This document shows positions 8,347 to 16,730 of a stretch of 38,494 nt of DNA, piece after piece (the stretch's first letter is position 1; each line of letters opens with the position of its first letter). The position numbers were made by a program, and so were the translations under genes. The stretch covers positions 1-38,494 of the forward strand of contig JBFMGU010000087.1 of assembly GCA_040752415.1 (NCBI GenBank), read 5' to 3'. Below the pieces are notes generated by a model. That model was not told the origin of the DNA. It ran no database searches and saw nothing but the letters and a program-made list of their open reading frames with translations. The stretch is from Myxococcota bacterium. Its GTDB lineage: Bacteria; Myxococcota; JACRCW01.

Positions 8347-9615
8347 ATGTCTCCGCGCCTGACCGGATTGTCCGCGCTGGATCCCCTCATGGTGCCGCTC
8401 CCCCACGGCACCGAGGTCACCACGCGCGTGGACCGTCAGCTCGCCGAGCGACGCATCCCCCGGGGCGCGGCGGGCCGCGTGGTGAACACCGACGGGGACG
8501 CGGTGGACGTGCTGGTGGTGGGCGTGGGCGTGGTGCGCTACGCGCGTCAGGAGGTGACGCCGCGCAAGGTGGGACAGCTGCGGTACGCGCAGGCGCGTGC
8601 CGCGGCCTGGGATGCGCTGACGCCGTGCGTGGTGCTGGAGACCGTGGTGGGCAGCCGCGCCTGGGGTCTCTCCGACGAGAAAAGCGACACCGACCGGCGC
8701 GGCGTCTTCGTGCATCCCTTCCCCTGGACCACCGGTCTGCATGAGCCGCCGCAGGACCTGGTCAGCCTGGATGGCAGCACCACCTACTGGGCCCTGCGCA
8801 AGACGGTGCACCAGGCGCTGCGTGCGGATCCCAACACGCTGGAGGTGCTCTTCGTCGACGGGGCGCGCGCGCTGGATCCCATGGGGCAGTGGCTGCTGGA
8901 GGTGCGCGGGGCTTTCGTGTCGTCGCTGATCTACGGGAGCTTTGGCCGGTACGCGCTGAGCCAGCTCAAGAAGCTCAACCAGTCGGCGCGCCTGGCGGAG
9001 CACCGGGCCGTGGTGCTGGAGTGGCTCAAGGAGGATCCACCTCCCTCGCTGGACGTGGTGGCGAGGCGCCTGGTGCAGGCCGCGCACGTGAAGGGGCCCA
9101 CCGTCGGCGACGCGGAGCTGCTGGCCAAGACGTACATCAAGCAGCTCTACCGCTCCCTCCATGACCAGGGGTTGCTGCCGGCGTCGGACTTTGCGGCGCT
9201 GGTGTGGTTTGCACGGAACGCGGCGGCGCAGTTCGAGATGCCACGTGAGCTGCGACCGAAGAACGCCTACAACCTGCTGCGCCTCATCCTGGTGGCATTG
9301 CACTGGTTGCGCGCGGGCGAGCCGTCCTTCGTGGTGGAGTCGTCGTGGCGTCCGCGGTTATTGGCCATCAAGCGGGGAGAAGTCCCGCTTGACGACGTGC
9401 TGGCGGAAGCGGAGCAGCTCACCGCCGAGCTGGAGGGCGCACGCCAGTCCACCCCGCTCCCCGCGCGCCCCGACCTGGAACGTGCCGACGCGCTGTTGCG
9501 CCGGGTGGGCGAGGAGGTGGCACGTCGTCACCTGCAGGGCGTGGGCGGGCGGTGGGGCGTGGATGCAGCGCCGCCGCCGCCGGTGGTGTGGGAAGACGAG
9601 CAGGAGGAAGGGTGA
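8347..9615 (+). CDS. RlaP/YcgL-type Pol-beta nucleotidyltransferase with N-terminal beta domain and internal helical insert
   Basis: VVGSRAWGL..SDTDRRGVF (GS..DxD), ALRADPNTLEVLF, SFGRYALSQLKKL, KNAYNLLRL, LLAIKRGE, LPARPD. Confidence 0.85.
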   Translation: MSPRLTGLSALDPLMVPLPHGTEVTTRVDRQLAERRIPRGAAGRVVNTDGDAVDVLVVGVGVVRYARQEVTPRKVGQLRYAQARAAAWDALTPCVVLETVVGSRAWGLSDEKSDTDRRGVFVHPFPWTTGLHEPPQDLVSLDGSTTYWALRKTVHQALRADPNTLEVLFVDGARALDPMGQWLLEVRGAFVSSLIYGSFGRYALSQLKKLNQSARLAEHRAVVLEWLKEDPPPSLDVVARRLVQAAHVKGPTVGDAELLAKTYIKQLYRSLHDQGLLPASDFAALVWFARNAAAQFEMPRELRPKNAYNLLRLILVALHWLRAGEPSFVVESSWRPRLLAIKRGEVPLDDVLAEAEQLTAELEGARQSTPLPARPDLERADALLRRVGEEVARRHLQGVGGRWGVDAAPPPPVVWEDEQEEG

Positions 9616-10394
9616 TGGCACCGCTGACCGAGCAACAGGCGCGCGTGGTGGCACGTGTGATGGTGGAGGAGGATTCCCGGCGACGTCACCTGGTGGTCGC
9701 CATCAGCGGCGCGCACGCCTATGGCTTCCCATCGCCGGACAGCGACGTGGACCTCAAGGCCATCCACGTGGCTCCCACGACGGAGCTGCTGGGGCTGAGC
9801 CCGCCGGCGCTGCACGCTTCGCGCCTGGAGGTCGTTGACGGCGTGGAGATCGACTACAGCTCCAACGAGATCCAGCCGGTGCTGCAGGGGATCCTCACCG
9901 GGAATGGCAACTACGTGGAACGCGTGCTGGGCAACCTGCGCTGGTCCGCGGACCCATTGCTCGACGAGCTGCGGCCGTTGGTCGCGCGCGCGCTGACGCG
10001 GCAGGTGCACCGCCACTATCACGGGTTTGCCCAGAACCAGCTCAAGGCGTTGCAGACCGCGGGGCAGAAGACCGCCAAGAAGGCGCTCTACGTGTTGCGC
10101 ACCACCCTCACCGGCTCCCATCTGCTGCTCACGCGTGAGGTCCAGCCCGACGTCACCGTCCTCATGGACCACTACGGCTTCGGCGACGCGCGGGACCTGG
10201 TGCAGCGCAAGACCGCCGGGGAGCGCGTGGCGCTGTCCGACGAGGAAGCGACGTTGTGGCTCAAGCGGATTGAGGCGGCCTTCGACCTGCTCGCCGACGC
10301 GCTGCGCCGCTCGCCGCTGCCCGACGAAGCGCCCAACCGGGACGAGGTGCGGGCATGGCTGGTGGAGCTGCGACGACGGGAGCTCAGGGCATGA
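9615..10394 (+). CDS. Second RlaP/YcgL-type nucleotidyltransferase
   Basis: ISGAHAYGFPSPDSDVDLKAIH, GNGNYVERV, HYHGFAQNQ, KKALYVLRTTLTG.HL; TGATG overlap with the upstream gene. Confidence 0.88.
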   Translation: MAPLTEQQARVVARVMVEEDSRRRHLVVAISGAHAYGFPSPDSDVDLKAIHVAPTTELLGLSPPALHASRLEVVDGVEIDYSSNEIQPVLQGILTGNGNYVERVLGNLRWSADPLLDELRPLVARALTRQVHRHYHGFAQNQLKALQTAGQKTAKKALYVLRTTLTGSHLLLTREVQPDVTVLMDHYGFGDARDLVQRKTAGERVALSDEEATLWLKRIEAAFDLLADALRRSPLPDEAPNRDEVRAWLVELRRRELRA

Positions 10395-10798
10395 AGGACT
10401 TTCCGGTGGTGATTGGCTTCCCGGTGCACTGGGGCGAGATGGACGCGCTGGGGCACGTGAACAACGCGCGGTACTTCACCTGGTTCGAGTCGGTGCGCAT
10501 CGAGATGTTCCGGCGCACGGGTCTGCTCGTCGACGGTGCGGGCATGGGTCCCGTGCTGGCCACCGCCACCTGCGACTTCCTGAAGCCGGTGGTCTACCCC
10601 GCCGACGTGCGGGTGGGCGGGCGCGTGGAGGAGGTGGGGCGGACCAGCGTGAAGATGGCCTACGCGGTGGTGCGCGCGGATTCTCCCGACGAGCGGATGG
10701 CGCGCGGGAGCAGCGTGGCGGTGATCGTGGACTACCGCACGGGCCAGAAGGTGCCCCTCCCCGACGAGCTGCGCGAGAAGCTCCTGGCGCTGCGCTGA
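10391..10798 (+). CDS. Acyl-CoA thioesterase (4HBT/YbgC-FadM hotdog fold)
   Basis: VHWGEMDALGHVNNARYFTWFESVR, CDFLKPVVYP, VGRTS; ATGA overlap. Confidence 0.92.
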   Translation: MKDFPVVIGFPVHWGEMDALGHVNNARYFTWFESVRIEMFRRTGLLVDGAGMGPVLATATCDFLKPVVYPADVRVGGRVEEVGRTSVKMAYAVVRADSPDERMARGSSVAVIVDYRTGQKVPLPDELREKLLALR

Positions 10799-10838
10799 GG
10801 ACCTGCCGGGCTCACGAAATGGGTTAGTCGGGCTGAGC

Positions 10839-11010
10839 GGCGCCCCTGGAGTGCGGTGCGAACCCCGCTCCGTCGTGAAATCGGCAAAGCACCGCCCTGG
10901 ATCAGACCTCCCCGTTCCCGATTCCACGTCGGAACCACGTGCTCCCCGATCCAGGGCGGTGCTGCACGTCGTGGCACGGTCATCCGCTTTGCACCGCACT
11001 CCAGGGCGCC
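10839..11010. repeat. REP doublet (REPIN-like) between convergent genes
   Basis: Outer IR CCCTGGAGTGCGGTGC (10844-10859) pairs with GCACCGCACTCCAGGG (10991-11006). Inner perfect 16-bp IR AGCACCGCCCTGGATC (10888-10903) pairs with 10948-10963. Confidence 0.75.
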
Positions 11011-11072
11011 TCTCTTCCCGGTGTCCCGCTTCGTGACCCGCGCTGACAAGGGTCGCCTTGACTCCAATGTGT

Positions 11073-14000
11073 TCAACCCCACGGCTCGGCGTCGGCGTGG
11101 TGCAGGCGGTGCTCCATCCAGTCCGCGAGCAGCTCGCGCATGGGCAGGTAGTCACCGTCCATGGGGTGCTCGGTGTTCGTGCGGTAGTCACGCACCACCT
11201 TCTTCGCCACGGACACGCGACGCACCTCGTCGGCGGGCATGCTCTCCAGGAAGTCCTTGGGCTCCTTGAGCGTCGCCGCGCCGGGCTCCACGCGCACCTT
11301 GACCACGCTGGTCTGTCCACCTTCGGTGAAACGGTGCGCGCCGTGTTCCGCGGTCAACAGCATCTTGAACGCTGGACCGGACACCACCAACGCCACCGCC
11401 ACCGGCCGCGGACCGTCGGGGCTGGGCACCTTCTGGTACCAGCGCGTCTTCGGCGGGCCCTTCTCCCCAGCCTTCAGCTCCAGCTCCTCCAGGACGTGGA
11501 AGCGCGCTTCCAGCTTCCGCGTGCTGCACCACGCAAAGTAGCTGTTGGCCAGCGTGAGCAGCTCGTCGAACGCGCCGCGGCCCGCCGTGAGGTAGATGTG
11601 CAGCGACGAGCGAGGCGGGAACATCATGCCGTACAGCTGCTCCGCCATGGGCCCCACGCGCGCATCCAGCGACGTCAATTCCGCGTGCAGGTGGCTCGCG
11701 TCGGGAACGGAGCGGTCATAGAACGCCTCGAACGCGAGGTCCTCCGTGGTCTCCGCCTGGCGCTCCAGGTCCATCAATCCCTCGAGGAGCTCCCGCGCCG
11801 CACTCGCCCGTGTGCTCTGCTGCTCCGCGATGGCGCCTTCCGCCCAGAAGCTCTTCTCCCGACTCGCGCGGTCGAAGTACGCCACCCGCTGACGCAGCTC
11901 GAGGGCCAGGTTCGTCCGTCGGAGCCGACGCACGCGCGAGCGCAACTCCGCGGCGTGGTTCAGCACCTCGTTCACCGTCGCGGAGGCGGTGGCGGCGTCG
12001 GTGCCCGTGGCGGCGGCGTCGCCCTGCAACGACAGCGCGCCCTCGTGCACGTCGACGGAGATGCGGGTCATGCGCGTTCCCGGATGCGACGAGAGATACG
12101 CCCCAACGGGCACCACCAGCTCCCGCTCGATGGCCCGCTTGAGGGGACGCGCGCCATAGCGGGGATCCAGGCCCACGCGCAGCAGGTGCTCCATGGCCGC
12201 TTCCGTCGGTTGCAGGACCACGTTGTGACGCCGGATGCCCTCGCGCTGCGCCAGTCGCTGCACCTCGCGCGTGACGATGTTGCGCAGCTGCGGTGCCTCC
12301 AACGGCATGAACACCACGAAGTCGTCGATGCGGTTGAACAGCTCCGGCCGGAAGAAGCGCTCCGCCTCTCCGCGGTAATGACGACGCAGCTCCAGCGCGG
12401 ACTGGGCCGGGTCGTGCTCGGAGGAGAAGCCCATGCGGGAGCGCACGGTCTCCGCGCCCAGGTTGCTGGTCATGATGATGATGGCGTTGCGGAAGTCGGT
12501 GAACCGTCCCTGGGCGTCGGTGAGGCGGCCCTCTCCCAGCAAACCCAGCATCGCGTCGAACACGGCGGGGTGCGCCTTCTCGATCTCGTCCAGCAACACC
12601 AGGGAGAACGGCTGACGACGGACCGCGGCGGTGAGATGACCGGGAGCGTCGTACTCGCCGACGAGTCGACCGATGGCGTCGGGGCCGGAGTACTCCCCCA
12701 TGTCCAGCCGGACCATGCGGTCGCGCGAGCCGAAGATGAACTCCGCCAGCGCCTTGGACAGCTCCGTCTTCCCCACGCCGGTGGGCCCAGCGAAGAACAG
12801 CACCGCCATGGGACGACGCTCATCCATCAGTCCCGCCTTGACGACGCTGACCACCTCGGTGACGCGGCCCACCGCCACGGACTGTCCCATCACCCGCGCG
12901 GCCAGGAATGCGCGGACCTCCTCCGGCTTCAGCGCCAGGTCATCCCGCAGCAACACCTCCGGGATGCCGGACTCCGACGAGAACTGCGCCAGGGCATCCG
13001 CACGCGTCACCTCCCGCGCACCGGCGTGCTGACGTGAAGCGATAAGACGTCGCAGGAACGTCACGGTGTTGCCCACGCGGGAACCGTAGGGCCAGAAGCG
13101 TCGCGTCAGTCCCAGCGCGGCATCCACGGCGTCGTCGCGCATGGCAATCCCCACCCGCGCGGCCTGCGTGCCCGCCGAGAGCCTCAGGATGCTTCTCGCC
13201 GTCTCCAGCGGTGGCTCGTCGACGCGCAGCACCGACCACACCGACGCGAAGGCCTGGTTCACGCGCTGCAGCCGAGCCCATTCCTCCGGCGTGGCCTCGC
13301 CAATCACCGCCACCTTCTGTGCCGCCAGCAGGGGCGCCAGGATCTGCGCGGCGTTCTGGTCGCTGTGCGCACTCTTCCCGGCGTCCAGCAGCTCCACCAC
13401 GTGACCCAGGTGCAGGATCACGCGCGCCTTCCGCGCTTCCTCCATGACGTCGTAGGTCTGCTGCTGCCAATCCCCGAAGAATCCCTGGCCCGCAATGAGC
13501 CGGCTGGAACCCACGTGGAAGAACGGCCGCTCCCGACGATGCGGCGGCTGGTCCTTGTGCGCCAGCCGGTGGGCCAGCTCGTGGATGATCGCCGTCTTGC
13601 CCACGCCCGCGGGTCCCACCAGCACCACCGGCTCCAGCTTCTTCTGCTCCACCCGGCGCAGCAGCTCCGTCACCAGCTTGTCGACGTGATACGCGCGCTC
13701 CAGCGCCTCCTCCTGCGCCAGCTCGTGCAGGGCGTCGCCCAGGCGCTTGAGCGTGGGGGTGGGCGGGCGCTTGCGCTTCTTCCCCTTCGGATCGGGCGGC
13801 GCCTGGTCGTCGTACTCCTCGTTCTCGTCGGAAGGCTCGCGTTCCTCGTCGTCCTTCTCGTCCTCGTCGAGCTCGTCCTCGTCCTTGGGGCGGGGAGCGG
13901 GACGCTCATCCAGCAGGACCTGCTTGTGATCCAGCGTTGCCAGCGCCGTGGTCTGCACGTCGACACGGACGTCCCCCAGCTCCTCCGCGTCCTCGATGCG

Positions 14001-14435
14001 CAGGTCCAACACGTCCTGCTCCGAGCGCTTCAGCAGCGTGATCCGCAGCATCTCCGTGGCGCGGGCCAGCACGTCATCGGTGGCGGGGAACCACAGGCGC
14101 AGGTCCACGCGCGGGATGCGCACCTCCACGTAGGCCCCGTGCGCGGGACGCTTCAGCGCGGTGACACGGAGTGGGAGGAGCTGTTTCCCGTCGGGGGTCC
14201 ACACCGGGAGCACCTGCGGCTCCAGGGTCAGCAGCTCCGTCTCGCGCGGCTGCGGAAGCTCGCCGAGGTGACGGGGATGAACGCGCGCAAGCTTGTCATC
14301 CAGCGCCAGCTGGAGATCCTCCATGGCCTTGTCCAACGACAACGCGTGCACGTTGAACCGTGCCATGTCCATGGGCAGCACGGTGACGCGTCCGCTGGCG
14401 TGACGGACAACCAGGCAATGGAAACGGAACTCCAT
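11073..14435 (-). CDS. ClpA/B-like double AAA+ ATPase with C-terminal release-factor (PCRF)-like module
   Basis: D1 GPAGVGKT; D2 GPTGVGKTE, RLDMGEY, LVLLDEIEKAHP, IIIMTSNLG, FRPELFNRID, YGARPLKRAIE; C-terminal LTAEHGAHRF and VRDYRT; start 14435 or 14459. Confidence 0.85.
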   Translation of the reverse strand: MEFRFHCLVVRHASGRVTVLPMDMARFNVHALSLDKAMEDLQLALDDKLARVHPRHLGELPQPRETELLTLEPQVLPVWTPDGKQLLPLRVTALKRPAHGAYVEVRIPRVDLRLWFPATDDVLARATEMLRITLLKRSEQDVLDLRIEDAEELGDVRVDVQTTALATLDHKQVLLDERPAPRPKDEDELDEDEKDDEEREPSDENEEYDDQAPPDPKGKKRKRPPTPTLKRLGDALHELAQEEALERAYHVDKLVTELLRRVEQKKLEPVVLVGPAGVGKTAIIHELAHRLAHKDQPPHRRERPFFHVGSSRLIAGQGFFGDWQQQTYDVMEEARKARVILHLGHVVELLDAGKSAHSDQNAAQILAPLLAAQKVAVIGEATPEEWARLQRVNQAFASVWSVLRVDEPPLETARSILRLSAGTQAARVGIAMRDDAVDAALGLTRRFWPYGSRVGNTVTFLRRLIASRQHAGAREVTRADALAQFSSESGIPEVLLRDDLALKPEEVRAFLAARVMGQSVAVGRVTEVVSVVKAGLMDERRPMAVLFFAGPTGVGKTELSKALAEFIFGSRDRMVRLDMGEYSGPDAIGRLVGEYDAPGHLTAAVRRQPFSLVLLDEIEKAHPAVFDAMLGLLGEGRLTDAQGRFTDFRNAIIIMTSNLGAETVRSRMGFSSEHDPAQSALELRRHYRGEAERFFRPELFNRIDDFVVFMPLEAPQLRNIVTREVQRLAQREGIRRHNVVLQPTEAAMEHLLRVGLDPRYGARPLKRAIERELVVPVGAYLSSHPGTRMTRISVDVHEGALSLQGDAAATGTDAATASATVNEVLNHAAELRSRVRRLRRTNLALELRQRVAYFDRASREKSFWAEGAIAEQQSTRASAARELLEGLMDLERQAETTEDLAFEAFYDRSVPDASHLHAELTSLDARVGPMAEQLYGMMFPPRSSLHIYLTAGRGAFDELLTLANSYFAWCSTRKLEARFHVLEELELKAGEKGPPKTRWYQKVPSPDGPRPVAVALVVSGPAFKMLLTAEHGAHRFTEGGQTSVVKVRVEPGAATLKEPKDFLESMPADEVRRVSVAKKVVRDYRTNTEHPMDGDYLPMRELLADWMEHRLHHADAEPWG

Positions 14436-14468
14436 GACGGAGACACCATAGCCCATCACCGGGATGAA

Positions 14469-16430
14469 TCAGCGTGTCACCATCTCCACCACGCGCCCAC
14501 GGCTCACCAGCACCTTCACTCCCGACGCCATGTCCTTGGTGCGCAGCACCCGGTGGGTGGCCGCGCGAAAGTCCGACTCGGTGGCCCGGTAGATGTCGGT
14601 GAACGTCTGGGGATTGCGGTCCATGAACGGGAACCAGCTGCTCTGCACCTGCACCATGATGCGGTGCCCCGCGCGGAAGGTGTGATTGACGTCGGGAAGC
14701 GCAATGCGCACCAGTGTGGGCTCACCCGGCTTGAACGGCTCCGGCTTCTCGAAGCTGTTGCGGAACTTCCCGCGCATGATCTCTCCGCGCACGAGCTGCT
14801 GGTATCCACCCAGGCGCACGCCCGTCGGATTGGGGTCCGGGTCCGCGCGGTCCTGCGGGTGCACGTCAATCACCTTCACCACGAAGTCCGCATCCGTGCC
14901 CGTCACGGTGACCCACAAGCTGGCCTCCAGCGGACCGGACAGGGTGACGTCCTCTTCCAGGGTGCCCGTGGAGTAGACCAGCACGTCGGGGCGACGGGAC
15001 GCGAAGCGCTGGTCGCCGGTCATGAACTCGCCTTCCACCTCGGCGGAGAGGCGGGAGTCATAGGGCACGGGACGCGCGGGGTCGCTGACGTAAGCGTCGG
15101 AACCGGCATCGATCTGCGGCGTGGTTGGCGCGGTGGTGGAGAGCGCGCCCTTGGCCTGGAAGTACAACGTCACCGGCTTCGCCTCGACGGGCGGCCAGCG
15201 GGGATACTGACGCCACTGGTTGGTCCCGGTCTCGAACATCCACGCTTCCGGCGTGGGCTCGGTGCTCTTGCCCTTGAGGTGCCGCTCGAAGAACGGGAGC
15301 TCGATGCGCTCGCGGTAGAACAGCGAGGTCTTCGCGTCGAAGGTGATGTCGCCCAGCCGGTCTCCGTCGGTGCGCGACCAGCCACCGTGACGCCACGGCC
15401 CCATGACCAGGTGGTTCTCCGCGCGCGGGCTCTGCGTCTCGAATGCGCGATACGTCTCCAGTGAGCCCCAGAGGTCCTCGGCGTCATACCAACCGCCCAC
15501 GGTGAGGATCGCGGGCTTCGCGTCGCGATAGTGGGGCCGCGGGTCGCGCGCCTTCCAGAAGTCATCCCGCGTGCCGTGCTCCATCAGCTGGTTCCAGAAG
15601 GCGATCTCGCCCTTGAAGAAGCGCGTGTTGGCGTTGGCGACGGGACCAAGCCCGAGGAAGAACTCATAGACATCCGCCATGTCATGGTTGTTGTCCCACG
15701 CCATCTTCTTCGTGGGCTTGGGACGCGCCTTTCCGAAGCTGCCGTAGAAGTCGAACGCGGGCGCCAGGGAGAAGGCACCGTTGTGATGGAAGTCGTCGCC
15801 AATGAACCATTCCGTGACCGGCGCCTGCGGCGAGATGGCCTTCACGGCAGGATGCGCATCAATGGCGGCCTGCGCGGCGTAGAAGCCGGGATAGGAGATG
15901 CCCCACACGCCCACGCGGCCGTTGTTGTTGGGCACATTGCGCACCAACCAGTCCACCGTGTCATAGGCATCCGTGGCCTCGTCAACTTCGCCCTTCTTCG
16001 TGGCGCGCGGGCGCACGTCCATGAATTCCCCCTCGGACATCAACCTCCCACGCACGTCCTGGTGCACAAAGATATAGCCCTCACGGATGAAGTGCTCCGA
16101 AGGAGCGAAGCGTCTCAGCAGGCGTGCGTCCTTGGGACTGGGCAGGTTGTCCACGCCGTAGGGTTGCAGGCTGTAGGGCGTGCGCTGCAGCAGGATGGGG
16201 TAGGAGCGGGAAGCATCCTTGGGAATGAACGCGTCGGTGTGCAGGATGACGCCGTCGCGCATGCGGATGCGGTACTCGTGCTTGGTGTAGTGCTCGCGGA
16301 TGGCGTTGGCGATGTCCGCGTCGTTCTTCAGCTCCGCCTTAATGAGCGGCTCGGAGCCGGGCGGCGCGGCGGCGGCACCAACGAGCATGATGGCAGCCAG
16401 GGCAAGCAGCAGGACAGACGTGCGCGACAT
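14469..16430 (-). CDS. CocE/NonD family (peptidase S15) secreted hydrolase, glutaryl-7-ACA acylase-like
   Basis: Signal peptide; MRDGVILHT, LQRTPY, QDVRGR..SEG, nucleophile GISYPG, GGWYDAED, MGPWRHG; PepX_C-like C-terminal domain. Confidence 0.93.
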   Translation of the reverse strand: MSRTSVLLLALAAIMLVGAAAAPPGSEPLIKAELKNDADIANAIREHYTKHEYRIRMRDGVILHTDAFIPKDASRSYPILLQRTPYSLQPYGVDNLPSPKDARLLRRFAPSEHFIREGYIFVHQDVRGRLMSEGEFMDVRPRATKKGEVDEATDAYDTVDWLVRNVPNNNGRVGVWGISYPGFYAAQAAIDAHPAVKAISPQAPVTEWFIGDDFHHNGAFSLAPAFDFYGSFGKARPKPTKKMAWDNNHDMADVYEFFLGLGPVANANTRFFKGEIAFWNQLMEHGTRDDFWKARDPRPHYRDAKPAILTVGGWYDAEDLWGSLETYRAFETQSPRAENHLVMGPWRHGGWSRTDGDRLGDITFDAKTSLFYRERIELPFFERHLKGKSTEPTPEAWMFETGTNQWRQYPRWPPVEAKPVTLYFQAKGALSTTAPTTPQIDAGSDAYVSDPARPVPYDSRLSAEVEGEFMTGDQRFASRRPDVLVYSTGTLEEDVTLSGPLEASLWVTVTGTDADFVVKVIDVHPQDRADPDPNPTGVRLGGYQQLVRGEIMRGKFRNSFEKPEPFKPGEPTLVRIALPDVNHTFRAGHRIMVQVQSSWFPFMDRNPQTFTDIYRATESDFRAATHRVLRTKDMASGVKVLVSRGRVVEMVTR

Positions 16431-16645
16431 GGTTTGCTCCGTCGGGGGACCGCGGCGTTGTACCAGGCCTGGGACGGGACCGACGACCTCACCGACCGCC
16501 CTTCAACCTGCCTGCGACGGGAATCACGACGGTGCGCCCCGGCAGGGTACGGCAGCACGACGTTGACGCGTCCACGCTGCTGCGTCGGGACCGCACTGAT
16601 GCGGACGGACATCACTTCGGCAGGTGAAACGAAGCGCAAACGTGT

Positions 16646-16661
16646 TGGTTCGCTGCTTGCT
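16646..16661 (+). promoter_or_regulatory. Candidate sigma54 promoter for the DUF2330 gene
   Basis: TGGTTCG-CTGC-TTGCT, with GG and GC correctly spaced, about 70 bp upstream of the ATG at 16731. Confidence 0.5.
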
Positions 16662-16730
16662 TGGAGCCAGGGAACCGCGTCGTCGACGGCGGGTGCCGGA
16701 TCAGGCTGCAACATCAACCAGGAGGGGTGC

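Noticed and set aside
11310..11325. Literal GGQ (FTEGGQTS) in the RF-like module as a catalytic peptidyl-tRNA hydrolase motif
   Set aside because: It lies between GxHR and TS..V.V.P, the position of the stop-codon recognition loop rather than domain 3, and lacks the surrounding SGxGGQxVN context. It is probably coincidental, though checking conservation in homologs would be worthwhile.
15531..16730. N-terminal 400 aa of the 1000-aa ORF 15531-18533
   Set aside because: It overlaps the CocE/NonD gene on the opposite strand. The real start is 16731, which has an RBS and signal peptide.
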